64,000 bases of DNA. It comes from Eledone cirrhosa. Taxonomy: Eukaryota. Each line of letters opens with the position of its first letter. The stretch's first letter is position 1. The notes under the pieces were generated by a model that searched no databases, had not been told where the DNA came from, and saw nothing but the letters and a program-made list of their open reading frames with translations. Location of the stretch: contig OZ024752.1 in assembly GCA_964016885.1 (NCBI GenBank), positions 33,294,001 through 33,358,000 of the forward strand. The letters are read 5' to 3'. This document shows, piece by piece, positions 39,911 to 53,699 of this stretch. Position numbers and translations under genes: made by a program.

Positions 39911-42406
39911 TTGAACATCAATACCTTAATGTAGGTATGAGCAGCCAGTTACAGCCAGTTTGAACATCAATACCTTAATGTAGGTATGAGCAGCCAGTTA
40001 CAGCCAGTTTGAACATCAATACCTTAATGTCGGTATGAGCAGCCAGTTACAGCCAGTTTGAACATCAATACCTTAATGTAGGTATGAGCAGCCAGTTACA
40101 GCCAGTTTGAACATCAATACCTTAATGTAGGTATGAGCAGCCAGTTACAGCCAGTTTGAACATCAATACCTTAATGTAGGTATGAGCGGCCAGTTACAGC
40201 CAGTTTGAACATCAATACCTTAATGTAGGTATGAGCAGCCAGTTACAGCCAGTTTGAACATCAATACCTTAATGTAGGTATGAGCGGCCAGTTACAGCCA
40301 GTTTGAACATCAATACCTTAATGTAGGTATGAGCGGCCAGTTACAGCCAGTTTGACCATCAATACCTTAATGTAGGTATGAGCAGCCAGTTACAGCCAGT
40401 TACAACATCAATACCTTAATGTAGGTATGAGCGGCCAGTTACAGCCAGTTACAACATCAATACCTTAATGTTGGTATGAGCGGCCAGTTACAGCCAGTTA
40501 CAACATCAATACCTTAATGTTGGTATGAGCGGCCAGTTACAGCCAGTTACAACATCAATACCTTAATGTAGGTATGAGCGGCCAGTTACAGCCAGTTACA
40601 ACATCAATACCTTAATGTAGGTATGAGCGGCCAGTTACAGCCAGTTACAACATCAATACCTTAATGTTGGTATGAGCGGCCAGTTACAGCCAGTTACAAC
40701 ATCAATACCTTAATGTAGGTATGAGCGGCCAGTTACAGCCAGTTACAACATCAATACCTTAATGTTGGTATGAGCGGCCAGTTACAACATCAATACCTTA
40801 ATGTAGGTATGAGCGGCCAGTTACAGCCAGTTACAACATCAATACCTTAATGTTGGTATGAGCGGCCAGTTACAGCCAGTTACAACATCAATACCTTAAT
40901 GTTGGTATGAGCGGCCAGTTACAGCCAGTTTGAACATCAATACCTTAATGTTGGTATGAGCAGCCAGTTATAGCCAGTTTGAACATCAATACCTTTATGT
41001 CGGTATGAGCGGCCAGTTACAGCCAGTTTGAACATCAATACCTTAATGTAGGTATGAGCAGCCAGTTACAGCCAGTTACAACATCAATACCTTTATGTTG
41101 GTATGAGCGGCCAGTTACAGCCAGTTTGAACATCAATACCTTTATGTTGGTATGAGCGGCCAGTTACAGCCAGTTTGAACATCAATACCTTAATGTAGGT
41201 ATGAGCGGCCAGTTACAGCCAGTTTGAACATCAATACCTTTATGTAGGTATGAGCAGCCAGTTACAGCCAGTTTGAACATCAATACCTTAATGTAGGTAT
41301 GAGCAGCCAGTTACAGCCAGTTTGAACATCAATACCTTAATGTAGGTATGAGCAGCCAGTTACAGCCAGTTTGAACATCAATACCTTAATGTTGGTATGA
41401 GCAGCCAGTTACAGCCAGTTTGAACATCAATACCTTAATGTAGGTATGAGCAGCCAGTTACAGCCAGTTTGAACATCAATACCTTAATGTAGGTATGAGC
41501 AGCCAGTTACAGCCAGTTTGAACATCAATACCTTAATGTAGGTATGAGCAGCCAGTTACAGCCAGTTTGAACATCAATACCTTAATGTAGGTATGAGCAG
41601 CCAGTTACAGCCAGTTTGAACATCAATACCTTAATGTAGGTATGAGCAGCCAGTTACAGCCAGTTTGAACATCAATACCTTAATGTAGGTATGAGCAGCC
41701 AGTTACAGCCAGTTTGAACATCAATACCTTAATGTAGGTATGAGCGGCCAGTTATAGCCAGTTTGAACATCAATACCTTAATGTAGGTATGAGCAGCCAG
41801 TTACAGCCAGTTTGAACATCAATACCTTAATGTAGGTATGAGCAGCCAGTTACAGCCAGTTTGAACATCAATACCTTAATGTTGGTATGAGCAGCCAGTT
41901 ACAGCCAGTTTGAACATCAATACCTTAATGTTGGTATGAGCAGCCAGTTATAGCCAGTTTGAACATCAATACCTTTATGTAGGTATGAGCAGCCAGTTAC
42001 AGCCAGTTTGAACATCAATACCTTAATGTAGGTATGAGCAGCCAGTTACAGCCAGTTTGAACATCAATACCTTTATGTTGGTATGAGCAGCCAGTTACAG
42101 CCAGTTTGAACATCAATACCTTAATGTAGGTATGAGCAGCCAGTTACAGCCAGTTTGAACATCAATACCTTAATGTAGGTATGAGCAGCCAGTTACAGCC
42201 AGTTTGAACATCAATACCTTAATGTAGGTATGAGCAGCCAGTTACAGCCAGTTTGAACATCAATACCTTAATGTAGGTATGAGCAGCCAGTTACAGCCAG
42301 TTTGAACATCAATACCTTAATGTCGGTATGAGCAGCCAGTTACAGCCAGTTTGAACATCAATACCTTAATGTCGGTATGAGCAGCCAGTTATAGCCAGTT
42401 GGAACA
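39911..42406. repeat. 49-bp tandem satellite (~51 copies) inside a piggyBac-like MITE (39806-42462)
   Basis: Unit aacatcaataccttaatgtaggtatgagcagccagttacagccagtttg. Confidence 0.98.
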
Positions 42407-43154
42407 GAAAGAGGTGAGAGTGTTCTGGCCAAATATGGCCGGTATAAAATGCTAAAGGGTTACACTAAGTAAACATTTCAGAATTAGTGGCAATATGCCA
42501 TACTGTAGACGTAGACATGTGTATATGGAAAAAGAAAAAAACCCGAATCACTACATGTTGAAATAGTTATAGTTATAAGAGAGTTACTCCCATTGTTTTA
42601 ACATCCATTTTTCCATGTTGGTATTTTAATGTGAAAGTGTCAATTTAGCTGGATGGGACATGTCTCATGACTCCCAAGTGAGAGACATGCTAATTAGATA
42701 CTGTATTGGTAGGTACCGCCCCATGTAAAGAGGTGAAGAGGATGTCCCAAGATGAACTGGGGTCAGTAAACAATCGACAGACATCTGAAACATAACAAAA
42801 GTTGGAACAATGTTTTGGCAGATGCAACTGACTCTGGTCATTGGTGCCCCGTGTATCTCAAGACGCCAGAGCTTTTAAGTAAGCAAGCATTTTCTCTTTA
42901 ATTTTTCTCTGAGGAGGAGGGCGTCACTTCTAAAATTATCAGGCTTTGTACCTGTGTTAAGAATCAATTATTACTGTTGCTAAGAGAGACAGCAGAGTTG
43001 TCAAGTAGCATTTTTCTTAATGTACCCCAGAAAAATATTGAATGTAATTTAGATTTGCTTTCAATGTCCACGAAACCACATTAGAATGTCATTCTTGAAA
43101 AACACAAAACACGATATAATGCACCCATCCTCTCAAAATAATGGGCTTGGTGAC

Positions 43155-43498
43155 ATCATCATCATCATTTCATTTTACGTCCGCTTTTTCCCTGCTTGCA
43201 GGGGTGGGATGGGAACTGATACTGGCTTGATTTCTACAGCTGGATGCCCTTCCTAACACCAACCTCATTTACAGTGAGTGCTGGGTGCTTTTTTGCCGTG
43301 GCACCTCCACGACCACTTTGCAGTGGAATGATATGGACCCCAGTCCCTATCATCTCATTTCTACAGCTGAGTAAACTGGAGCAATGTGAAATAAAGTGTC
43401 TTGCTCATGGAAACAACACATCACCCGGTCTGAGAATTGAACTCACAACCTTTCGATTGCAAGGCCAATGCTCTAACCACTAAGCCATGTGCCTCCAT
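43155..43498 (-). mobile_element. SINE family B, full length
   Basis: Near-identical to 16627-16962. Confidence 0.9.
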
Positions 43499-43866
43499 CT
43501 TGCTCGGATATGATCCTGCACTCTACAGTGTGTTTTGAGTGTATTATATCGTGGCACCAGCAATAGGGAGGTTGTCATGTCTTTGACACAACTGAACAGT
43601 ACTCCCTATCACCAACCACTTTACAGAGTGTACAGGGTGTGTTTTATCATGTCACCAACGCTCTGGAGGTATCACAAAAGGGTTATGGTATATAAAATGG
43701 ATGAGAGTTAGATATTTTCCTAATGCAGAAGGTGCCAGGTTATATTTCCAGATAATCAGGTGCCAATTGATATAGAGAATTGTATCTTGCTCAGAAACAC
43801 AATGAAATATCTAGTTGGCCATCTCTGTAGTATGTGATTAAACAATTAAACAGAAAAACAACTCAC

Positions 43867-43924
43867 TTTATACTGGTAAGTTTGATCCACATCTTTCCAT
43901 GGTTGCTCGGTGCTCTTTTTCCAG
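43867..43924 (-). CDS. NDUFA4: NDUFA4 exon 3
   Basis: (S)WKKSTEQPWKDVDQTYQYK, tag/gtgagt boundaries. Confidence 0.92.
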
Positions 43925-44744
43925 CTATTAGAAGTACACGAAAGAAAACAAAAAATTAATAATTTATGATACATTTTGTGAAGACAAATGAGATGGCTAG
44001 GTCATGTGTTAGAGAAGAATGAAAGTGACTGGGTGAGAGGAGCAATGGAAATGAATGTGGAAGGAAGTAGAGGAAAACCAAGTGGACATGGCTAAAGATG
44101 GAGGAGAAAAATGAAAGCCAGGGAGATGAGGGGGGTGCAGACAATAGATCAAACTGGAGAAGCTAGTCATGTGGCTTGCAAGATCATCCACTGCTTTAAC
44201 AGGGAAGATGATCTTAAAACGTTTGTTGTTATAACTGATGTTTCAAATATTACTCACTGTCAAGTTGTCAGCCAATTTGAACATCAATTGTTAATACTGA
44301 CTGGTTTAAAGAAATGTTTAAAGAAATGTTTCTAATTATTATTTTGAGTTAATTATTCTAAATTAATCTTGCAACTGTGCAGTATATCATCATCATCATT
44401 TAACATCCACTTTCCAAGCTTGTATGAGTTAAACGGATTGTCTCGTTGTGAGACAATTGAGGTCAGCTGACACACGTCTTGTTCATACAAGAACTGTTTC
44501 GGGCTTGGTTTCTACAGCTGGATACCCTTCCTAACACCAACCACATCAGTGTGGAATGGGTGCTTTTGTTGTTGTAGCACCGGATCAGCATACGGGATTG
44601 GCTTAGTGCTTTTTGTCATGGCAATGGCACTGTGGGAGATCAGATGTAGAGTGTGTCCAGCTTTCATACTTGTATGCATGGGATGGGCAGGCAAGGTGTA
44701 TCAAGGGTGAAGGACAAACATGTATTTAAAAACAAAATACTAAC

Positions 44745-44833
44745 CTGACATCAAGAGATCTTGTAGCCAGTCTTGCGACATATAAAGCAGCACCTGCCAT
44801 TCCAGCGCCGACAAAGAAATAGAGGGGTACCAA
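44745..44833 (-). CDS. NDUFA4: NDUFA4 exon 2 (TM helix)
   Basis: LVPLYFFVGAGMAGAALYVARLATRSLDV. Confidence 0.94.
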
Positions 44834-45590
44834 CTGAAAGAAAATGGTAAAGTTTACATGTTAGCTGCTTGATGTCATTAAAAAAAAATAAATAAAGAGC
44901 TGATCATCAGATTAGACCAGCGAAACTATGTTTTGCTTGTTGGTGATAGTTACAGCTGGTTACAACTCCTGGAAGGAAGGAGCAGGATTTGAACTCTGGC
45001 TCAAAACAATACCGCTAATCCATTGCCCCTGTACTGGTATATTATTTACTAACACCGAAAAGGATAAAAGGCAAAAATTGACCTTGGTGAGATTAAAACT
45101 GAAAATGCAGAGAGCCAGAACAAATGCCAAAGCATTTAATACAATGCTGTAACAGCTCTACCAATTTACCACGACATTAAACATCAATATACAAATGATC
45201 GAAATAGGGTTCCTTCGAAGGGTCTTTGGAGTAACATTACTCAGAGATGTAGCTCGGAGATCAGAGAGTCACTCGAGGTAGAGCCACCACTACTCTGAAT
45301 TGAGAAACCACAGCTCTGATACTATGGGCATGTGGTTAGAATGTCTCAGGAAAGAATTGCTGGACAGATTTTATGGGCAATACTAAACAGCAGGAGACCC
45401 CAAGCAAGATGGCTGGATAACATCCATGAGTTCAGCTGGTCTTCCTTGGGAATCCAGCCGTATCAGTTGGAAATGGTTGCTTCTGACAGGACCCACTGGA
45501 AGGAGTGTCTGAGGACTCTGCCCACCCCCTACGACCTTCTCAGGCGAAGAAGACATTAAACATCAACAAAATAATTTTTTTAGATATATA

Positions 45591-46105
45591 CACAGGGTGG
45601 GTGGAAGGAAACTCCTTATCAAAAATTACTTTTGGCCTACTGTAACCACTTAGGACAACAATGACCTCATATTCATGCAACATGGGCCTCCTCCTCATTT
45701 GGCATGTACTGTCGGTGAGTGGTTTGATGTCCAATTTCCAGGACGTTGGCTAAGTCATCAAGGTCCGCATGAATGGCCAGCAGGAAGCCCTGACTTAACA
45801 CCATGCGATTCTTTCCTGAGGGGATGAGTGAAGGAAGAGGTTTATAGCTCAGAACCAAAAATTCTGACTCAATTGGAGGAACACACACAAGTCATTTACT
45901 GACCAACGTACTACCTGGTCAGTCAAGGATATACCCAGACGATTACAAACACAAGTGGACAACACCAGTCCCTATGTAGAATGTTAACACTGTACTCTAC
46001 TTCGATCATTATACTGTTCAAAATAAAACAAGTTTTATGATAATCGACCAATAATTAATAAAGTTATTAATTTTAAATATGTAGTTTCTTTCCTCCCACC
46101 TTATA
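45591..46105 (+). mobile_element. Internally deleted Tc1/mariner transposon
   Basis: TIRs cagggtgggtggaaggaaact / agtttctttcctcccacc; degenerate transposase FMQHGPPPH...FPGRW...EWPAGSPDLTPCD. Confidence 0.85.
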
Positions 46106-48380
46106 TATTGTATACATTAATTTTGCGTTCTTATGCATTTATACCATAGATTGTTATTGATATGTCTGTTGTTTTTAAGCAGTTCCAGTTTTATTTCTAA
46201 ATTTTTAAAATGTCACCAGTATAAGTCTTTTGGAGTTATTGCTATTAACCCTTTACCATTTACATTACTCTACATTTACTATTGTATGTGCACAGTAAAG
46301 GCTTTATCTCACATAATATCAAAGCTACGAGATTTTGATGTTATTTATTTTGAGAACAATACCTCAACCTAGATGCTAAAAGGTTAAATCTACTGAGAAA
46401 ATTACAATTAAACTCTCACTATTATCCAGTATTACCCTGAAAGTTGCTAATATCTCCAAAACTTTGGCTCTTCTCTTAACTTTCCTTCTCAGTCCTTGAG
46501 ATTTATTCTTTCACAAAATTTTCCATGCCCTTGTATAAGTGAACAGGTAAGACAATAGACAAAGAAATGTTTTGAAAATCTAACAGTTAATACTACTCCG
46601 AGTCTCGCCTTTTACAACATTGAAGAAAGCTCCAACTTTCGAAGAAATTAATATATACAAACACAGAAATGTCTTAATTTTTTTATAACCTTTCGAAAAG
46701 ATTCTCACTTAGAATAATATACCCACGCATAAAGTATAGTTTGCCTTTCAACCTTTAGAGGTCGATAAAAAATAATACCAGCCTAGCACTGGGTCGATTC
46801 GTCCTCTCTATCTCTTTCTCACTTTCTATCGTTCTCTGGAAGAAATCTGTGGTGTCCAAACTCGGAGAGAAGATGGGCTCCGCCAGGATTAAAAATGCCC
46901 AAGAAACACACAGCTATCATTACGGCGCCCATATGACTATCAGAAGGTATGGATTCATACCATGCCATAAAATGTGGTGGATCTTTTATACAAACACTTG
47001 AGAACATCAAAACAATAACAGATTCACGTGATAGGTGGAGTAAATAAATGGGGAAATACAAGATGGTCACAACTGAACTACTTTTAATCATAAGATCTAC
47101 CCAGCAGCCAGTCAGGAATTCTTCGCAATAGAGCTCGAATATGAAAACGAAAATATTTTGTCTGATCTTGATTCATTGCGTTAGGAGTGGTTATGGTTAG
47201 AATTACAGTTCATTATGGTGCTATGTTGCAGCAAAGAGTTGCGACCCTTTATGGTCTGAGTTCAAATCCCGCCAAGGTTAACTTCGCCTCTCATCCTTAC
47301 CAGGTCGATAAAATAAAGTACCAGTAATACACTAAGATAATTGGTGGCCTTGTGCCAAAAGTAGAAACAATGATGGTGCTATAGTCGAAATATTTTTTGG
47401 CAAATGCAATGTTGATATTTTCATTTTCTTAATTGTAAGTTCACTTATTCAATGATGCCCTTAAAATCGAACTTTAGACTTTCATCTTCACTGGATCCTC
47501 ATATAAGCTTGTATCAAATTCTTAATAAAAAAAAAAAATCAGTTAAATTCCAACCCTGGCTATACTTTTATTTCGTTTAAGCTTCACAGAAAATTTATTT
47601 TAAATGTTTCTCCTTTTTTTTATATCAAAATACGAAAATATTGAATCAACAATCACAAACAATTGGTATTTTGCACACCTTGAAAAAGAAAAAGAAACGA
47701 TCTTTCAAAACATACAAATGTGCCAAAAAGATAATTAAAAAAGGTGAGAAAGTTTATGATTGCTGTGCATTCTCCTCCAGGTAAATGAAAAACAAACTGC
47801 GAAATAATATATTTAAGGTTAACCTTTATGAAGGACACTGAGGATATTAAGTGGTGTGAACGGCTTTAGGACAAATCCATTCATTGGCAAAATATTGACA
47901 TAATTATATGATAGCTAAAAATGTTATCGCAGTAAATTCAACATTATTTAAGTTTTTGGGGGCCAACACTAAAGTTGTAAATATTCTAAAACATTAAAAA
48001 TAAGGCTTACGTGACATTTCAATAAAAAGTAAAAATACAAACAAACAATTACATCTTGGTGCTGGAATTTAAAAGATGGGATTGAAAAAAGAAAAAGAAA
48101 CGATGGTGGGATGGGAAGACAATGAGGAAGAGATATTAAATAAATTTATTATTTTATTAATGAAAATATCAATATAACTCTTTCCTATAATTTAATTGGT
48201 GATGGGGGAATGTTCTGGAAAGAGTATCGATAAATATATTACGTAAAATAAGTAGATTTTCTCGCATTATTTTTAATCTAAAACATTTTTAGATTAAAAC
48301 AGCTTGAAGGATGATGACCTTGATAAAATTAAAATAAGCTAAACTAATTAATAAAGGTGAAGTAATTTCAAGTTACATAC

Positions 48381-48434
48381 CGCAGGGTGAGATTTCAAAC
48401 TTTGCATGGTCAGTCCTTTCATAAACTTTGCCAT
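48381..48434 (-). CDS. NDUFA4: NDUFA4 exon 1 (start)
   Basis: accATGG context; MAKFMKGLTMQSLKSHPA followed by gtatgt donor; spliced total 87 aa. Confidence 0.9.
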
Positions 48435-48790
48435 GGTTAATTGATATTCAGAAAAATGCTGCTAACAACACCAGAGAAAATTTGATACTGACAATGATGG
48501 TTTACGACTCCGACCGGAGAGAGAATTAAGGTTTGCAGTAACGGCAATTATTTGGAATTAGATTTTGAACAATAAATATTTAACTGAATAAATATTTATG
48601 AAAGAGTTTTTTTTTCATATTCATATATTGACATTAGATATTAAAAAAAAAATTATTATTAAATAATATTTTTTAGTTTTTTTTCTCCGACGTTAAAGAG
48701 ATGAACTTCCGGTATTGTATACGAACGACTATGTTATGTGTTGAACCAAAATATTCAGAATTGGAATTGTGAAAAACTCCTGATAAAAAT
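48435..48790. promoter_or_regulatory. Putative bidirectional promoter of NDUFA4 and PHF14
   Basis: 356 bp between divergent ATGs; ETS/GABP-type ACTTCCGGT at 48705-48713. Confidence 0.7.
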
Positions 48791-48854
48791 ATGTCTGAAG
48801 ATTTAAGTATAGATGGTGTTGACCCTAGTGTCGGCTTTTTATATAAAACAATGC
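48791..48854 (+). CDS. PHF14: PHD finger protein 14, probable exon 1
   Basis: MSEDLSIDGVDPSVGFLYKTM followed by gtaagt donor; phase 1 fits the exon at 58953. Confidence 0.7.
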
Positions 48855-51800
48855 GTAAGTTTAATATGGCTTTGATTTGCATCCCTCTATTGTTACTCTA
48901 ACGAGTTGTATAATATAATTTATAGCTGTGACATTTGGTTATGGAAATGGTAAATGCCGGTTTTTTCTTGGAGGGCATCTTTCCAATTTCTACATATAAT
49001 CTCTTCTTTCGCCAATAATTCTAGTGCTAAAACTGATAAACTAATTCGTAAACACATATTCATCTTTCTTTGTGCTCTTGTTTATTTCCATTTTTTTTTT
49101 TTAAATAATCAAATCCATAGAAATTTGTTTTGTTCCGATTATAAATTACCAAAGTGATTCGGTTTCATTTTCTACTTATTAATCGACTACTTCCACTCTT
49201 TGTGAAATCAATTAACTATAATTTCTCACTTATATATTTTGAGTCTAGCAATTTTATAAAATTTGGATAATTTCGAATTTAGGACAGAAAAAGAAAAAAA
49301 AATTATGCAACGGTAGATATTGCCTTTGTGTAAATGGCCCAAAAGTTTACACCATCATATATAAACCCCTCGCAGACTTGGGTTCTCCCAACAAAATCCA
49401 ACATTACAATGAGCTTGTTGCTATTCCATAGAAATAATTCTTCTACATATAGTTATTCCTTTGTAATTTTTTATATTTTTTCTTTATCAGTCAATGTTGA
49501 TATTAGAATCTTTAATAAACTGATAGAATTTATTGAAAATCTATTCCATTGTCATTTGTAATTCTTATAATTGGAACAATATTGATGTATCTTAGACGGA
49601 TTCAGTAGAACTTGGAATATAAGGAGGTTCTAGGCCATAAAATTAATTAAACCTCGATAATTTTATTATTGGTTTTATTTAATTATTCGTAGATATTGTA
49701 TAAATAATTGTTTCTACTTTTGGCACAAGGCCAGCAATATACCAGTGCATTACTGGTACTTTATTTTATCGACAACGTAAGAATGAAAGGCAAAGTTAAC
49801 CTCGGCGGGATCTTCCCAACCCTGGAATGTTACTTAATATTGGAATTAAGGTCTCGTGTGTGTGTAATATGTTGCCTAATGTAAAACCCTACATTTTTGT
49901 TCTATATCTCGAAACCAAATTATAAATTTTTGTGTTTTAGTTTTTAATCTACATCTTTTTCGGGTGGCTTATTCACTAATTCTTAAAATAATCTATTATT
50001 GCTAAACTAAATACGATATCAGAACATTTATTTTGCAAAGAAAAGTACTAAATAACACATTATACCTCATTCCCATAGAACAGTTAATAAAGTCTATGAG
50101 GATTGGCTAAAACGTTCATAAACTGACGAAGATACTCTCATGGAATGACCAAATGAGGTTTATTTTTCAACATGGTCCCTGGAAAGAAACAATGTGGTTA
50201 TTAAGAAGAAGAGTTGAAATTAATGCGTGCAAGATTTCACAGCTCTAGCATCATACCATCATAGTCAGCCTATGAATTTTTCAGCCAATCCTCGTTATAA
50301 TATGGTTTCTGATTTAGGCCAGCAATTTTTTTTTTTTTTCTGCGGGAGTCGATTAAATCGTCACCAGTGCGTTACTGGTGCTTTATTTTATTGATCTCGT
50401 AAGGATGAAAGGCAAAGTTAACCTTGGTGTAAAGGACTATAATTCTATGTAATTCACCACCCTGAAGTGATATAGTAATATACCATGCATTTTCAACATA
50501 TATAACATGTACACACATATATAAGCACCATTTTGCATGTCTCACTTCTATGGTTTCTTCTTTCATCAGTGCATCCCTTCTATCATTCTTTCTTTTCCAA
50601 CACACTGCCCATGCTGTTATTTTATACACTCCCCTTACCAAAAACCAGCATGAAGCTTTTTATCACAGTCTCTCTTTTCCATCACAAGTGTTTTAAGGCT
50701 ATTTTCCCGTTAAAGTAGGTGGGTCCCTTAGCAGGCTTTATGCTCATCATGGAGGCTTTCCTGGAGGTTGTGTTTAGTAATAGGATGCTTTTCATAGTGC
50801 CAACCCATTTAGCTGCTTCTTACAACATGCAGAGATACAGTGTACATATTCTAAACCAGATACACACAAGTGTATATAATATATATATATATATATAGTA
50901 GTGAGTCATGGGCAGCAACTGCGGAGGATATGCAACGACTGGAGAGGAATGAAGCAAGCATCCTCCCATGGATGTGCAATGTCAATGTGCGTGAATGACC
51001 AAAGCATTAACAAGTTGAGAGAGAAACTGTGTATAAGAGGGATAAGCTGCAGTGTGCAGGAGAGAAGACTGCATCGGTATGGACTTGTGATGCGCATGGA
51101 AGATGACCACTGGGTAAAGAAGTGCCAAGAAATCCCATTAGAAGGAAGACACGGTAGACCACGAAAATCATGGGTGGAGGTGGTGAGAGCTGACCTCAGA
51201 TCACTGAAGCTCAGAGAGGAGATAACGAAGGACCGTGACAAATGGAGAGATGCTGTGCTGAATAGAACCCGCGCCACCCTTGCAAGCAGTGAAAAGCAGA
51301 CGTAAAATGATGATGATATATATATATATCATCATCATCGTTTAACTCCTCCATGCATGTCTTTCACTGCTCTGACAAGCCATTTCCTCTATTCCTAGTT
51401 TCCTTAAGGACCACCAGATGATAGGAGGTGGTACTGTAGCCTTCTCTAGATCAACAAAAGCTAAATATAGAGGCTTATGCTTAGCTAACATGTTCCCCTT
51501 GTAGTTGTCTCACTAGGAAGAGAGCATCTGTAGTGCTTCTCCATAGTCAATCACTAATCAGATAAAATACTGTTTGACACAGAAAAATGTTGTCAGTCAG
51601 AATTTGAGGGATACGGAGTTCAATTTCTCGTAGTGGCTGTAGTCCACATTTTTCTGTCTCTAAGAGGTATTTTACCTGATTTTCTAAAAAGCTATTATTA
51701 TTTATAATGATCAACTGTTATTGCACTTATTTCCTGCATTTGGATTGCCACATTTCAAATTTCAAATCATCCAAATACCTCAATAAACTAAAGAGAGAGA

Positions 51801-51963
51801 GAGAATACATGGCATCGCGGTTGGGATTTTACACATCTCTACCCATTCTGCTTCTCCCCATGCATTGAATACTCTCATGATTAGTAGACTCCTCGGTCTT
51901 AGTACCACAGTCTCTCTCTATATATATATATATAGTTATGTAATAAACAACATAAGGCAATTA

Positions 51964-52026
51964 TTCCATTTACCAGTGGTTTCTTAAAAGCAAAAGATTT
52001 TGCTTTCAATCCTCAGAATGAAAAAA
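51964..52026 (-). ncRNA. Type I hammerhead ribozyme motif (left arm of palindrome 51932-52205)
   Basis: Exact reverse complement of the + strand motif at 52111-52173. Confidence 0.75.
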
Positions 52027-52110
52027 TCCTGGTCTGTTTATTGAATTTGGATTTAAAAAAAGGTTTTTAAAATCGGTTTTTAAAATCCAATATCAATAAA
52101 CAGACCAGGA

Positions 52111-52173
52111 TTTTTTCATTCTGAGGATTGAAAGCAAAATCTTTTGCTTTTAAGAAACCACTGGTAAATGGAA
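52111..52173 (+). ncRNA. Type I hammerhead ribozyme motif (right arm of palindrome)
   Basis: tttcatt-CTGAGGA-ttgaaagcaaa/tttgcttttaa-GAAA-cc(act)gg-TA^aatggaa. Confidence 0.78.
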
Positions 52174-52267
52174 TAATTGCCTTATGTTGTTTATTACATA
52201 ACTATTAAGCTCTGTTACCTACATAGAGCACTCTTTTTTCCTGGACTTTTCTGACGGAATTACTTCA

Positions 52268-52643
52268 TTCATCATCATCATCATCACCGTTTTACGTCCG
52301 TTCTTCCACGCTAGCATGGGTTAGACGGATTGTCCTGTTGTGGGCAGTGTCTGGTCGGCTGACCATGCCTTGCTCATACAGGAACTAATCTGGCTTGATT
52401 TCTACAGCTGGATGCCCTTCCTAACACCAACCTCATTTACAGTGAGTGCTGGGTGCTTTTTCGTGGCGCCTACACGTCCACTTTACAGTGTGGGCTGGGT
52501 GCTTTTTTGCCGTGGCACCTCCACGACCACCTTGCGGTGGGGGGTGTGGGGGCATATTGTCTATATGCTTCAGCTTGTACCCATGGGAGATCGGGTACCC
52601 TGTATTATTGCGTGACGCCAGAAGTCACGGTCGTGTGTCATTG

Positions 52644-52678
<35 letters not shown>

Positions 52679-53657
52679 TAGTGACATATTCTAAAACAAT
52701 AGCATAAGGTCTGCGAAATGCTTTTAATTAAGCATACAGTATATTGCAAAATACACTTTATATACATCATCATCATCATCATTTTACGTCCGCTTTTCCC
52801 TGCTTGCAAGGGTGGGACGGGTCTTATTCAGCACAGCATCTCTCCACTCGTCACGGTCCCTCGTCATCTCCACCGTGAGCTTCAATGATCTGAGGTCTGT
52901 TCTCACCACCTCCACCCATGTTTTTCGTGGTCTACCTCTACCACGTCTTCCTTCAACTGGCATTTCCTGGCACTTCTTCACCCATCGGTCATCCTCCATG
53001 CGCATCACATGTCCATACCACCTCAGTCTCCTCTCCCGTACACTACATTCATATATATATAGCTATTTCAAAGCACCAATTCTAATATATATATATATAT
53101 ATATATGGAGGCACATGGCTTAGTGGTTAGAGCATTGGCCCTGCAATCGAAAGGTTGTGAGTTCAATTCTCAGACCGGGTGATGTGTTGTTTCCTTGAGC
53201 AAGACACTTTATTTCACATTGCTCCAGTTTACTCAGCTGTAGAAATGAGATGATAGGGACTGGGGTCCCTATCATTCCACTGCAAAGTGGTCGTGGAGGT
53301 GCCACGGCAAAAAAACACCTAGCACTCACTGTAAATGAGGTTGTTGTTAGGAAGGGCATCCAGCTGTAGAAATCAAGCCAGAATCAGTTCCCGTCTCACC
53401 CTTGCAAGCAGGGAAAAAGCGGACGTAAAATGAAATGAAATGAAAATGATATATATATATATATACATCACCCCTTTCAATGTAAAGTTATGTTGGTACC
53501 ACAACATCCAGTCCGAAACAAATGAGGTCGTGTAGGTGTCACGACAAAAAAACACACAGTCCATGCTGTAATGTGACCACTCTTGCCTCAAGTGGGAAAA
53601 CTCCCGTCCAAACCCATGCAAGCGTGGAAGATGGACGTTAAATGAAGATGATGATGA

Positions 53658-53699
<42 letters not shown>

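Noticed and set aside
53107-53180. tRNA-like sequence with A and B boxes
   Set aside because: It is the head of a multi-copy SINE; no complete acceptor stem or Pol III terminator.
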